Assembly (NCBI GenBank): GCA_011109175.1
Contig: RDEW01000020.1
Location: 738,514-802,513, forward strand
DNA from: Dicyema japonicum
Taxonomy: Eukaryota > Animalia > Dicyemida
Direction: 5' to 3'
Length of the DNA: 64,000 nucleotides
Shown: piece after piece, positions 10,790 through 21,386 of the stretch
How the letters are laid out: the number at the start of each line of letters is the position of its first letter
How positions within the stretch are numbered: position 1 is the stretch's first letter
Notes under the pieces: generated by a model
Database searches by the model: none
What the model was told of the DNA's origin: nothing
The model's input: only the letters and a program-made list of their open reading frames with translations
Translations under genes and position numbers: made by a program

Positions 10790-12340
10790 GACCATTGTTC
10801 GATCGGTACTGTTTACGGGACCTACGCACTTCCTGTCAGCTTGCTCTACTAGGGGCGTACTAAGCACCCGTTCCCCCTCTTCTAGGATATCGAAGGGAGT
10901 AGGATCTACCAGAGAAGACGAGAACCATATTCCTCGGTGTCCTCCGGACAAGGGCGCGTAAAACGTTAATTTTCTAGAGGCTCTTGGTAATCATGTCTTT
11001 TGCGTGGGAGTTGAAATTGAGTAGACTGTCGTACTTGACTCCAAGGACAGTGGGGGACCTTGTCACTGGAATCCGAGTGGGACCAATAAAGATACTCGGT
11101 TCATCCTTAGAACGACGGTCCGAAGTGAAAGTGGAACAGATAGACTTGGTTGCAGAAATCGTAAGTCGATTGCCAACAATCCAATCGTGGAGAATGTTCA
11201 ATTTTGCCTGAGTCTTAAAGGATGCGATTTGCGTCAAACGGTTCCGTATTGCAATGACTACATCGTCTGCGTAGGATAATAGCAGGGAATCTTCGTCTCC
11301 ATCATTAGGTAGGTCGTGTAGGAATAAGTTGAATAGAATTGGTGAAAGTGGAGACCCCTGGGGTACCCCGTTCGGTAGTAATCGTGATCTAGATCTGAGA
11401 TCACCACTGACTACTCTTCCACGTCTTCCAGACAAAAAGTTGGCCAGCCATAATTTCACATTCGGACGAATATTAGTAGAAAATATTTTTCCAACCAGGA
11501 TTTTCCTCGAAACAGTGTCAAAGGCTTTGTTGATGTCAATAGAAACCAAGGTTGTGCGTTTGTGAGGCGGAGGATGGGTGTTAAAACCGTCGGCAATAAA
11601 CTGCGATAGGGTTGCCAAGTATGTAGCGGTAGACCTACCGCGGAGGAAACCATGTTGAAATATAGGACGTGGAAGATACGGAATAATGACTGATAATACA
11701 AGTTTCTCCATAATTTTTGACAGTGTGCTGGTAACGGAAATAGGCCTGTAGGAGCCAGGTTCTGTCTCTGGTTTCCCAGCCTTCAATATCGGTCTGATGA
11801 TAGAATTCTTCCAAATCTTGGGAATAATATTATAGTTAATGGACAGGTGTATATTTGCGTGAGGTAGCCAATTGCGTAGTGGCTCAGGTGTTTTAGGTGA
11901 ATAAAAGATACTTTGTCAGGCCCGCACGCCCGTGAGCTCTTTAATAACATTCAAGACTTGGTCATCTGAGAATAGTTCGTGGTAAGGTTCCTTCTTCGGT
12001 TTATGGGCACGCACCTTGATGTCCAGGTGTTTCGAGAATGGTTTGAAGCTAATTCCAGCGTAATGTTTCATAAGGGTGTTAGGATGTAAGTGGCATAAGT
12101 GTTCAGGAGAAGACTTTCCGTGGGCACGCATCTTAATGTCCAGGTGTTTCGAGAATGGTTTGAAGCTAATTCCAGCGTAATGTTTCATAAGGGTGTTAGG
12201 ATGTAACTGGCATAAATGTTCAGGAGAAAACTTTCCGGTTCCGTCTGCATCATCCGGCTCCGACTTGAATTGTTTAAGAGTTTTCCAGAAATGTCGGGAT
12301 GTTCTTTTCCTGTAGAGGTGTGACTCAAGACCGCATCAGC
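10790..12340 (-). mobile_element. Family A LINE reverse transcriptase copy with a 117-bp in-frame tandem duplication upstream of the RT
   Basis: ORF 10974-11786 contains YRPIS, QHGF, DINKAFDTV, GVPQGSPLSPILF and YADD; 12004-12120 is duplicated at 12121-12237. Confidence 0.95.
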
Positions 12341-12439
12341 TGTGATGGAAGATTTAATCAATTAAGATAAATTATATTAAATTAATTAAGCATTATAATT
12401 ACACGTGTTTTTTTAAAATAAATTCATATTAATATATGA

Positions 12440-12690
12440 GTAACGGAGCGTTGGATTTGTGAAGATCATCGACCCGGACCTACGCCTCTGGAAACCCTTA
12501 TGAGACTTGACTCCAGATCATGGGAAATTGGCTTTGAAAATTCAGGCAGCCGTCTTGTACGTTCATGCACGGGCACGAAGGAAGAACGACGGTCAAAGAT
12601 GAGGTCTTTGTTAAAATGCATCGGGATCACGTGATAATTAGTTTTGTTTTACCGTGGTCTTTGGTTAGATAAATAAAATTAAAAAAAAAT
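12440..12690 (+). mobile_element. Family A LINE 3' end
   Basis: Ends tcgggatcacg...cgtggtctttgg followed by an A-rich tail. Confidence 0.65.
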
Positions 12691-13038
12691 ATTGGTTTTC
12701 TGTTGACTCGAAAAGCACACTTACAGATTCCAAAACTGAAAAGCAAACATCGACTGTCTCAGTCAAAGAATACAAGTGCCTTGAGGATTCTTGCATATCA
12801 GAACCTTATACTTGAACCATCCGAACAGTCCTACGCGATGCCCAAGTCCCCCAAACGACAATCGAATACCACCTTGCCATGGACTTAATCCACTTAATTC
12901 TGGAGGATTTGATGGGCTCCGTCAGGGGCACCTTAAAGATATTATTGCTCAGAACATGGGTAACTCTGGCTTGTGTCGACTATCAATAAACTAATGAACA
13001 GGATGCTTGTGGGATACTAACAGAAGAAATTCGACATG

Positions 13039-14052
13039 TCATGTTCTCAGCAAAAGTAATTGAATTCGATAAACTGGGACGAGGTATACCCCATATTGAC
13101 GTTGTCTTGGTTTTCCGTCAGTTTGCCTCAAAGCACGTATCTGTCTTCCTAGTACTCCAGTCAGCAGTTGATCAAGATGATTCTCCAACTCCCAACAGAA
13201 TCGTTCGAGATCAGAGATATGGAGCATTTGAGAGTCAGGATGGCTGAACAGAAAGACTGTTACAGGTACATNCGATAAACTGGGACGAGGAATACCCCAT
13301 ATTGATGTTGTCTTGGTTTTCCGTCAGTTTGCCTCAAAGCACGTATCTGTCTTCCTAGTACTCCAGTCAGCAGTTGATCAAGATGATTCTCCAACTCCCA
13401 ACAGAATCGTTCGAGATCAGAGATATGGAGCATTTGAGAGTCAGGATGGCTGAACAGAAAGACTGTTACAGGTACATCTGCTAAGGCTTATGAACCAATC
13501 AAACCAACACCAACTTGCCTGTATAGATATTTAAAGATACAAATGGAGTGGCGCTTGGATCAATGCCCTCTAAGTCCGTAGCGTCGGGATTCACCATGAT
13601 GACAATACTGTCTGCATCAGTAGTTCCATCAAACTTGGACTGAAGATTTAACAGACCCACAAGTGCCGATGCGGTGATATCGTCGACTTTTATGGACATC
13701 ATGCCTTTTCTTGCCGAAGAAGGGCAAGACGATTCTCAAGACATAAGGTTATGAACGGAATTGCTAAGCAAGCCCTGGAGTCTGCTGGTTGCTCCTCCAT
13801 ACTTGAACATGATGGTCTGGACAGAAGAAACAGAAAACGACTAGATCGGCGGTTGAAATATCTAGTGCAATTATTAATATCATTATAATACTTGGAAAAC
13901 CGACTATATCGGATATTAGAAAAAGATTTATACGCAAAAACGCATGGGTTTTGCATGAGTTCTACTATTAAATACTTAAGGGAAGTAGAAGGTGTCATTG
14001 GACGTACAAGGTGTGACGGTCTAATGGTGTTAATCACGTTTATCGATGGCAA
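13039..14052 (-). CDS. Uncharacterised gene or pseudogene with a faint resemblance to a MON1/FUZ/HPS1-type longin domain; 206-bp tandem duplication near the 3' end
   Basis: Coding-like frames 14052-13699, 13702-13499 and 13227-13039. Mini-intron candidates gtattataatgatattaataattgcactag (30 nt) and gtatctttaaatatctatacag (22 nt). I could not build one clean spliced frame. 13066-13271 is duplicated at 13272-13478. Confidence 0.35.
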
Positions 14053-14284
14053 CTAAATTTACTAAAATTGATAAACTAGTTAATTAATGTATGAGGAATA
14101 AGATTTTTTTCTAATTTTTCATTTGTATGTAATCTTATTTTTAGTACCTTACATCAATATCGTTTTGCATTACAGTCTGCCTAGGGCTAATGATTACTTA
14201 ATATTTTTAATCAACAAATGATATTGAAAACTCCCATTAATAATGTAATATTAATAATCGAGTCAAATAACGGATGTTAGTGTA

Positions 14285-15750
14285 TTAAAGGACAGCTGCC
14301 ATTGCATCAGTAAAGTATTCAATGTCAGCCAAACCAAGTCCACTCAGATTAACTCGTCCATTTGGGAGAACATACACGTGGTACTCATTCCTTAATTTTT
14401 CGGCCTCATTTCCTTAAATATTATTACTTTCAATACCAGTAAAGTCAAACCAAGCAAACAATCCCTCATTATCCACCAGGAAACTGAAATCTCTTCCACT
14501 CACCTTTTGTTCTAAATTTGTTTTAATGGCTTCTTTTATTTTAGCCATTCTATCGTTATATTGGTAAAGTTCATTAATCCTATCCATTAATACGTCGATA
14601 ACCAGTCGTCTCTATATTTTTCACTTCTCAGTATTTCGTACACCAACTTTGACCCAAAGGCTGGGGTCATTAAGAATGTGTTTGTCCCGTAATACTCGAA
14701 TTGATCATTTACGTCTTTTCGTGTGGCTGGATCGTTAAATACTCCATAAATGAATCCCACTCTTTCTCCTAATCATAAATTACAATATCACACCATATAG
14801 ACCAAAGTTCTTAGAAAAGGTCTGAGTGACCATAAACTCCACCCCTGCTTCTGCAAAAGTCTTGATTGACCATCTATCTGTGACTAGATCCCTTCCGAGT
14901 CCCTGATAAGCGTTATCCAAAAATGGGAATAAATTTCGTTCCTACTGCTATCAAATCCACCAAACCTGTAGTAAACACATAATTTGTCTCCACTGATCCT
15001 GAGAGAGAATTCCTCCTGTTGGGTTGTGGCAGTTAGCATGTAGGATTACCACTGAGTTAACATCAGCATTCTCCATGAAATCAAAATATTACTCTCAAAT
15101 CTTCCATCAGTCCTTCAAAGTCAACTTTTTGTTTCTTTGAGTTGTAGTATCTATATCTCTGTACTTCAATATTAACATTCTTAAATATTTCAACATGTTG
15201 CTCTAAAATACGTCATAATGACTGACCCCATGTCTGAGCTGGAATATACACCTTATTTCTCTTGAAATATCTCGACAACAAACTCCCTCCCAATGAGAGA
15301 GCCCCGGTTGATCCACAAGTTTGCAGTGCGACGACCTGTTTGTGATTTATAATCATACTTTGTTCAAAATTTGGCAATCTTCACCAAAAACAATCCTCAT
15401 TGCCAAAGGAGCGAGTCCAGGAAGACCAGTCAGTGTTGTATACTCGTGACTTAAGTTCCCACTGTTAACTAGCATTTCTGCGACTTGTTGAACAACTCTA
15501 AACTTGTATACCCTCTTATTGTCATCAATACATACTAAATATGTATTACCATACTACCCCCAAATATAAGATTCTGTTTCTTCTCACTCGGGTCATTTTC
15601 ATACATCTGGATAAGTTTAAACATTGACGAAGCTGCAGTATTTGTTTGATTATTGTCCATGTCTCCATTTTCTGTGTGATTATTAGTCATTTCTTGGTTT
15701 GTTGTATTTTTGTCACTCATTTTTGTGTTTTCAGTTTGATTATTAATCAT
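14285..15750 (-). CDS. GOT1: Aspartate aminotransferase family protein (cytosolic GOT1-like), 9 exons, divergent substrate pocket
   Basis: Introns 15535-15557 (23 nt), 15336-15358 (23), 15203-15226 (24), 15071-15092 (22), 14942-14965 (24), 14769-14793 (25), 14580-14602 (23) and 14413-14436 (24) give a stop-free frame. Motifs: HEY, QTCGSTGAL, QTW, LHANCHNPTG, FLDNAYQG, TFSKNFGLYGERVG (PLP lysine), NGRVNLSGL. Stop TAA at 14287-14285. Confidence 0.95.
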
Positions 15751-16038
15751 TCTATTTATAGCTTTTGTGGTTTAGTATCATAAATATTTAATTGTAATCA
15801 ATCATATAGCCAAATTCATTAGAAACACATTTTAGCCAAATTCCATGTAGAGTATTATCCACGACTGAAAGCAGGCTCATCGACCGGTTAATTTTCTGCA
15901 TTATTGTTGTATAAACGATTGAAGAGATAAGCAGGAAATTTTTGTACTTCCTAAGAGTCCTAGATGTCTGCTCACACTCAAAAGACATTCGCCAAACCCA
16001 CTGGTTTGTTCAGTTGATATTTATTGCTATTGTAAAAG

Positions 16039-16148
16039 GATATACAGGTGTGTCCATAGGCGTGCTCTGTCATATTATAAATTTCGAGATATACAGGTGT
16101 GTCCATAGGCGTGCTCTGTCATCTCTCTGTCATATTATAAATTTCCGG
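16039..16148. repeat. Tandem duplication, ~49-bp unit
   Basis: gatatacaggtgtgtccataggcgtgctctgtcat at 16039 and 16088. Confidence 0.85.
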
Positions 16149-16859
16149 GGGTATATAAATAATAAAATAATCAAAGGAATATAAAATTAATAAAAAAAAG
16201 TGGGAACTTTGACCAGCCATAATCTTCTTGGGAACATTACACCATTTATTTCACTATCCAAAGATATTCTTTGATATGAAAAAGTATGGATTGAATGTAG
16301 TCTGAAATCCGTCCCCTCCCAAAGTAAAATGAAAGATCTTATGACATCAATCCATTCATGAATTCCCAAATTCTCAAAGACCATTAAAATTATGATGGAG
16401 TTGTACTAGAGTAATGGCCCTTAACTCAATATTCAGAATTAGTTTGGTGACATTTGACAGAACAAACAATGAGGACCGAGTCAAAAAGACATGAAAAAGT
16501 TAGAAAATTGGGCCTGGTTTAAGATGCTTTTACAATTTAAATAAAATAATGATTTTTTTATTAAGTCGACATAAATCAAAACAAAATTATTTTCGGAATG
16601 AGGAAATCTTTGAAATGTAAATTGAACAAATAAAAGAGTTTGTTGAGTCCAGGGAGATAAAAGACGTGAGATTAAGACTATGACAAAACAGATCCCTTAA
16701 TTCTCTCGAAAAAGAATAAAGTCATCTTTGCAAAAAAAAGGAATAATTAAGAAACCACACACACCTGTGATATGCTAGAAATTGAGATCAAATAAGAATA
16801 TCTTAAAATTAAATTTCCATCTAAATATTGGTTATGAAAAGAACTTTGATTTCAATGAG

Positions 16860-17560
16860 TGCTGACCGTGAGAGGAATGCTCGATTATCCTATATAACCA
16901 GCTCCTTAAGCCGACAATAAAGTACACATATGTGTTCTGGACTTTCAGCTTTTCATTTTTAATATAAAGAAGCTCAACTCACTCAGATCGGGAATGACCT
17001 TTACAATTGGTCACCTTGGAAACCTCTTCCATTCTTTACTGAGTTCATCAGTAATTAAAGAATAAAGCATATTTTCTCAAACTCTGCATCGAACAGTCAT
17101 ACCTATGCTAATTGGTCGGCAGTTAGAGCTGCAAAATCCCCCAGCTTCTCAGGAGGTCCGCAAATTAAAACATCTTAACAGTCAGCCTACTGACATTAGT
17201 GAAAAAATTCCAGAACTAATAAAAAAATCACACGGAACATTGCAATACATAGCAAAAAACGTTGAAAAGCCGTTCTGAGAAAAGCCACGCAAAACCCGCC
17301 TTCTACTATATGAAAACCAAGAAAGAGCCTCAAGAAGTTTCTCCCATACTCAAACGCGCAACATACCCCAGGCCCAAATGGCAACAATCTTATGAAATTT
17401 TATGTTGCAAATCGTCAGGGGAAATGCGCTCAATCATGAGAGAAGCCAGCAGTTGTTAACTGTTACTTTTTGCGTTAAATAAAATTGGTTTATCGTTCTG
17501 GGGTCACGTGATTAGTTAGTTTGTCTAACCGTTGTCTCTGGTGTTATTATTAAATATAAG
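16860..17560 (+). mobile_element. Family A LINE 3' portion
   Basis: Homologous to 21600-22100 (YNQLLKPT...); terminal ctggggtcacg...cgttgtctctgg. Confidence 0.7.
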
Positions 17561-17759
17561 ATTGGAAAACGTTATGTGGTTCATTTCCAAGAGGTGTCGT
17601 TTGGACATTTCGCTAATGGCACAAGGAATAACATCTTTTTGAATATTAATCATACTCAGTAAGAAAATTCAGTTTAAGAAAGCATTGAGTATTAAATTTA
17701 GCAGTACTCTTGGACTTGCCTCTGAATTTTCTCATAAACATAAATGCTTTGAACAATAA

Positions 17760-18130
17760 ATGTTGTAGTCTCTCAAACTGGTCCCAACTAACAAAAGGCC
17801 TCACGAGACAACTCTCTCCACCTGGAAAGATGGTAGATATCTTACCTGTGACGCTACCTGTGTGGATAGTCTTTCCCTCAACCTTGCTGTGACTTCATCT
17901 AACCCAGGCTTTGTCTCGAAAAGGCTGAGATCTCAAAGAGGAAGAAATACAAATGTCGCGGTGGACAGTACATTTTTGATTTATTCGTCGTGGAAATATC
18001 AGGAATAATAGGAAGCGATTCACAGACCATACTAAGCAGAATCGGATCGCTTATCAGATGAAAAATGATAGATAAGAAAAGAGCAGGTTCATTGAGCTTC
18101 ATTGAGCCTTGCAATAGTAATAAGGAAAGA
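17760..18130 (+). mobile_element. CRE-like non-LTR element, restriction-like endonuclease C-terminus, decayed
   Basis: KRPHETTLSTWKDGRYLTCDATCVDSLS ... FVVEISG ... ALAIVIRK. Confidence 0.65.
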
Positions 18131-18149
18131 CGTTCTCAATTATGAGAAC

Positions 18150-19200
18150 ACTAAAAAATAAATGATTTCGCTTGATAAATACTTATATTCCACTTAACCA
18201 TGACATCCTCACCGTCTTTGATAAACATTTCTTTAAGGGGACCTAAATGCAATAATTCCATGGAGGCTCGCAGGCAACTAATAATTTGGTGAATTCATTG
18301 AACATGATCTGGACGACTTATATATCTCAAATCACCCAAAAAGTCACACTAGAAGCCCAAACAGGAAATGAGGCACTTCTACCTCTGGAGACATCATTCT
18401 GTTAATATAACCTTTTCAAAGATGCAACACGGAAGGTCACATATGACTTTCACTATACCACGATCCGATTCTGATCCACAGACCTCTTCGACTACCGCGA
18501 TTATCGACCCTAAAAAATTAAATAAGATAAATTCGAAGATTACACAAAAAATCAACTAAAAAAGGAAATAGAAGGAATATGTTTATCAAATAAATCTCTA
18601 ACTATAGATCCACATCTGTCCTGGTGGAAAAACTTACATAAAAAGAAAATCCCCCGTATCATGGATCAGTCAAATTTCCTCATTATGCAAAAATCACATA
18701 ACTCATTTGGATACTGAAAAAAAGAACAGAGCAAAATAAAATCTCTAAGAAAATCAAAATCCAAGTATGTTACTTCTGAAATGACAAAAAATGTCATTTT
18801 GTCAACTAAAAATAATTCTACTACTGGGGCCGACAACAGATTTATCAACCTAAAAAATCTTGGAAATATTTAAACTTTGACTAATGTCTTCCATTGCTAA
18901 CTAAAAAAATCAAATCCCAAATATATAGAAGAAAGGTGAAATTATTCCCGCATTAAATTCAAACAAACCCAGAAACACCCCAACCTCTTGAGACCAACAT
19001 CTTTCCTTTCTGTTAATTCTAAAATTCTCGAGAAAGTCATCCACGACTTCGATGCTCTTACGTTTCCACTTTCTCGTTCACAGCACAGCTTTCGGAAACA
19101 CCATTTCACCACGACCCATCTTCAACGTCGACTAATTCATCACAGATTTTTTTTATCTGAAAAAGGCTCATGAAAGAATGATTCTTGTCTCCATTGATAT
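18150..19200 (+). mobile_element. Degraded APE/RT LINE fragments
   Basis: RPTSFLSVNSKILEKV, QHSFRKHHFTT. Confidence 0.6.
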
Positions 19201-19620
19201 TGAGGAATTGATATCCGCGGCGAATTATGCAGATTATTAATCTGCTGTAAATTCAATATGCAAATTACCATCCATCCGTAACAAAATATCTGCTCGACTG
19301 ACAGCTATTAGCTGCCTTCGAAAAGAATTTCGAAGTCCAAGTAAATGTCCTGTAATAAACAAATGATAGATCTGATCCACAAGAGAATTGCGATCAACGT
19401 ACTCATCGTGAACAATCCACTTAACAAGGTACCGTCGGAACTAAGTGACTCCGAATCAAAATAACTCGGAGGTCAAGAGTTCATCTTGCAAGATTAGGAT
19501 GCGGCCATCACCTGAATCAATTATTGTGTTGTAAAATGAGTTCTGTTAGCAATTCCATGTACGTGGGAAATAAAAATCAGAGCTTTTTCAGACTTAATGT
19601 CATGGAACCTGCAAAATCAA
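19200..19620 (-). pseudogene. Possible decayed WD40-repeat gene fragment
   Basis: Across frameshifts: FHDIKSEKALIFISHVHG, GDGRILI, SSDGTLLSG, LLW, ITGHLLG, SCQS..DG; multiple stops. Confidence 0.3.
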
Positions 19621-19719
19621 AATCATTTTTTGGAGATGAATTGGTTTTATTTAATATATAATCAGAAAGCTACTATGTATAAAGACAAAAATACACGTTT
19701 AAAAAATCAAAAGTAAATA

Positions 19720-20100
19720 CAGTCCGACCCCGAATTGGGGCAGACCCCAGGGGTGGGGCACCCTCGGATTTTGGGGCATTTTTTTTGCCAACATTTTGGC
19801 AGAGTAAAATGGAAAATCGATAAAAAATATGGAAATTTTGGGGCACTATAAAATTGTGGGGAATGTCCATTAGTCAGAGACCATATTCCATTAGTCAGCA
19901 GTTGAAACGGTAGAATCCTTTCGTAGGGAAAGGGTGGTTAGAACGATATCGAGCAATATTAGCCCAGTTCGATGTGTTCACAGCCTTTTAGCTGCTGCTA
20001 TTTCTCAACTTCTGAGATCCTATTTCTATTTTTCCAACTGGCCTATTCAAAGATGTCATGTTAAAAATGAATAACTGTAAAAAATTTTCACTTCAAAGAA
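19720..20100 (+). mobile_element. pogo-type DNA transposon left end with transposase remnant
   Basis: TA+CAGTCCGACC terminus shared with the element at 27317-28282; GKGWLERY remnant at ~19925. Confidence 0.55.
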
Positions 20101-20515
20101 AAATTATCAAATTTATGCAAAAAGCCAAATTTCAAAGAGTCATTAAACTTGAACAAGTTACAATCTCACCTAGTCCCTAAGCATGCTACAAACTCAGAAG
20201 ACATCCTACGCGCTATATTTCAGAACTAAAAAAACATAGTTTACCCGAACGTTCAGAATTCCAACCTTATATAATACTTGGAGATACCTGCAATAGAAGA
20301 AATTAGCTGGTTACCCCAACTTTACTAACAAATAGGAGACCATTCCATAAACCCCTCAGCAAAAGTAGGAGTCAAAACAGAAGACAGTCCTTTCTAGAAG
20401 ACTATGTACTTTAAAGAGCCCTGTGGGGATACTGGAGATAAAACAGCCCAGTTCCCTTTCTTGGGTAACTCCGAGTAGCAAACATTTTAAATTACTTAAC
20501 ACAAAAATAAAAAAG

Positions 20516-21247
20516 TTAATCCTTAAAGCAGTCAGCCAGACTTTCATCTTCCTTCATTTTAAAGATGTAGCAGTCATTCCCAGAAAAATCAACCTTGTTA
20601 AGGCATATGGGAGTGCTCTTAGAGTTATCTTTGGTGAATTCATCCATAAGGACAACCGACACAGTCCCTGAATCGCAGAAAACACGGAGTTGACCTCCCT
20701 TCCGTCCCTAAGGAGTAAAATAACAGGCAAACAAATGTTCTAGTAAAAGATAACCGAGCTTCCTGCGGAGCATGAACTGCAAAAACCGTCTGATTTTCAA
20801 AAACCGGCGAGATATCAGAACTTTGGACAAAATTAAGGTTATGACAGCAGTCGGTGTCATTCCACATGTTTGTGGTACATTGCATCGCAGCAGTGACCTC
20901 CTTTTCTAGATCCTTCTCGTAGTTTTTAAGAAATTTGATCTCTTCTCGAAGCCGACGAGCCTCTTTAGAAGGATCATTTTTATTAGAACTAAAATTTAAA
21001 TTTGTCTTACATGCATCTAAAGTAGTTCATAGATATCTTTTCTAGAAGACCGATTCCTTCGAGTACGTTTAATATGTCGTATATTCTACGATTATTATGT
21101 ATTGGTAGTTTAGAGACTGCCTGCATTATTTTATAAAATTTCAACTTCTCGTAAATCAAGTAGACCATCTTTTGAGGAATTCAGCAGTTCAACAAACTTA
21201 CGGGTTAATAAAACGAGACTCTGTTCTTGCCTTTTAGGTGAATTCAT
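20516..21247 (-). CDS. E2F: E2F transcription factor (E2F4/5-like), 219 aa, 4 exons
   Basis: ATG at 21247; introns 21121-21145 (25 nt), 20989-21010 (22) and 20708-20732 (25). Protein has RQEQSLVLLTRKFVELL, RRIYDILNVLEGIGLLEK, a coiled coil, marked box FAVHAP...SGTVSVVLM and an Rb-binding-like end DCYIFKMKEDESLADCFKD*. Confidence 0.93.
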
Positions 21248-21386
21248 AACTATCACATAAGCAATATTTTAGCATCATAAATTTATTGTTCGCCATCACA
21301 AATATTTAAATAGATGAATATTATTTAAATTATTATAATAAATAATATTTAAAAATTTACTACTCGAAAATTAATTAATTAATGAC

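Noticed and set aside
10246-10960. Repeated ccatattcctcgg.gtcctccggacaagggcgcgta as a TSD or HDV-like ribozyme
   Set aside because: It is minus-strand LINE coding sequence (LRALVRRTPRNM) present in two separate copies.
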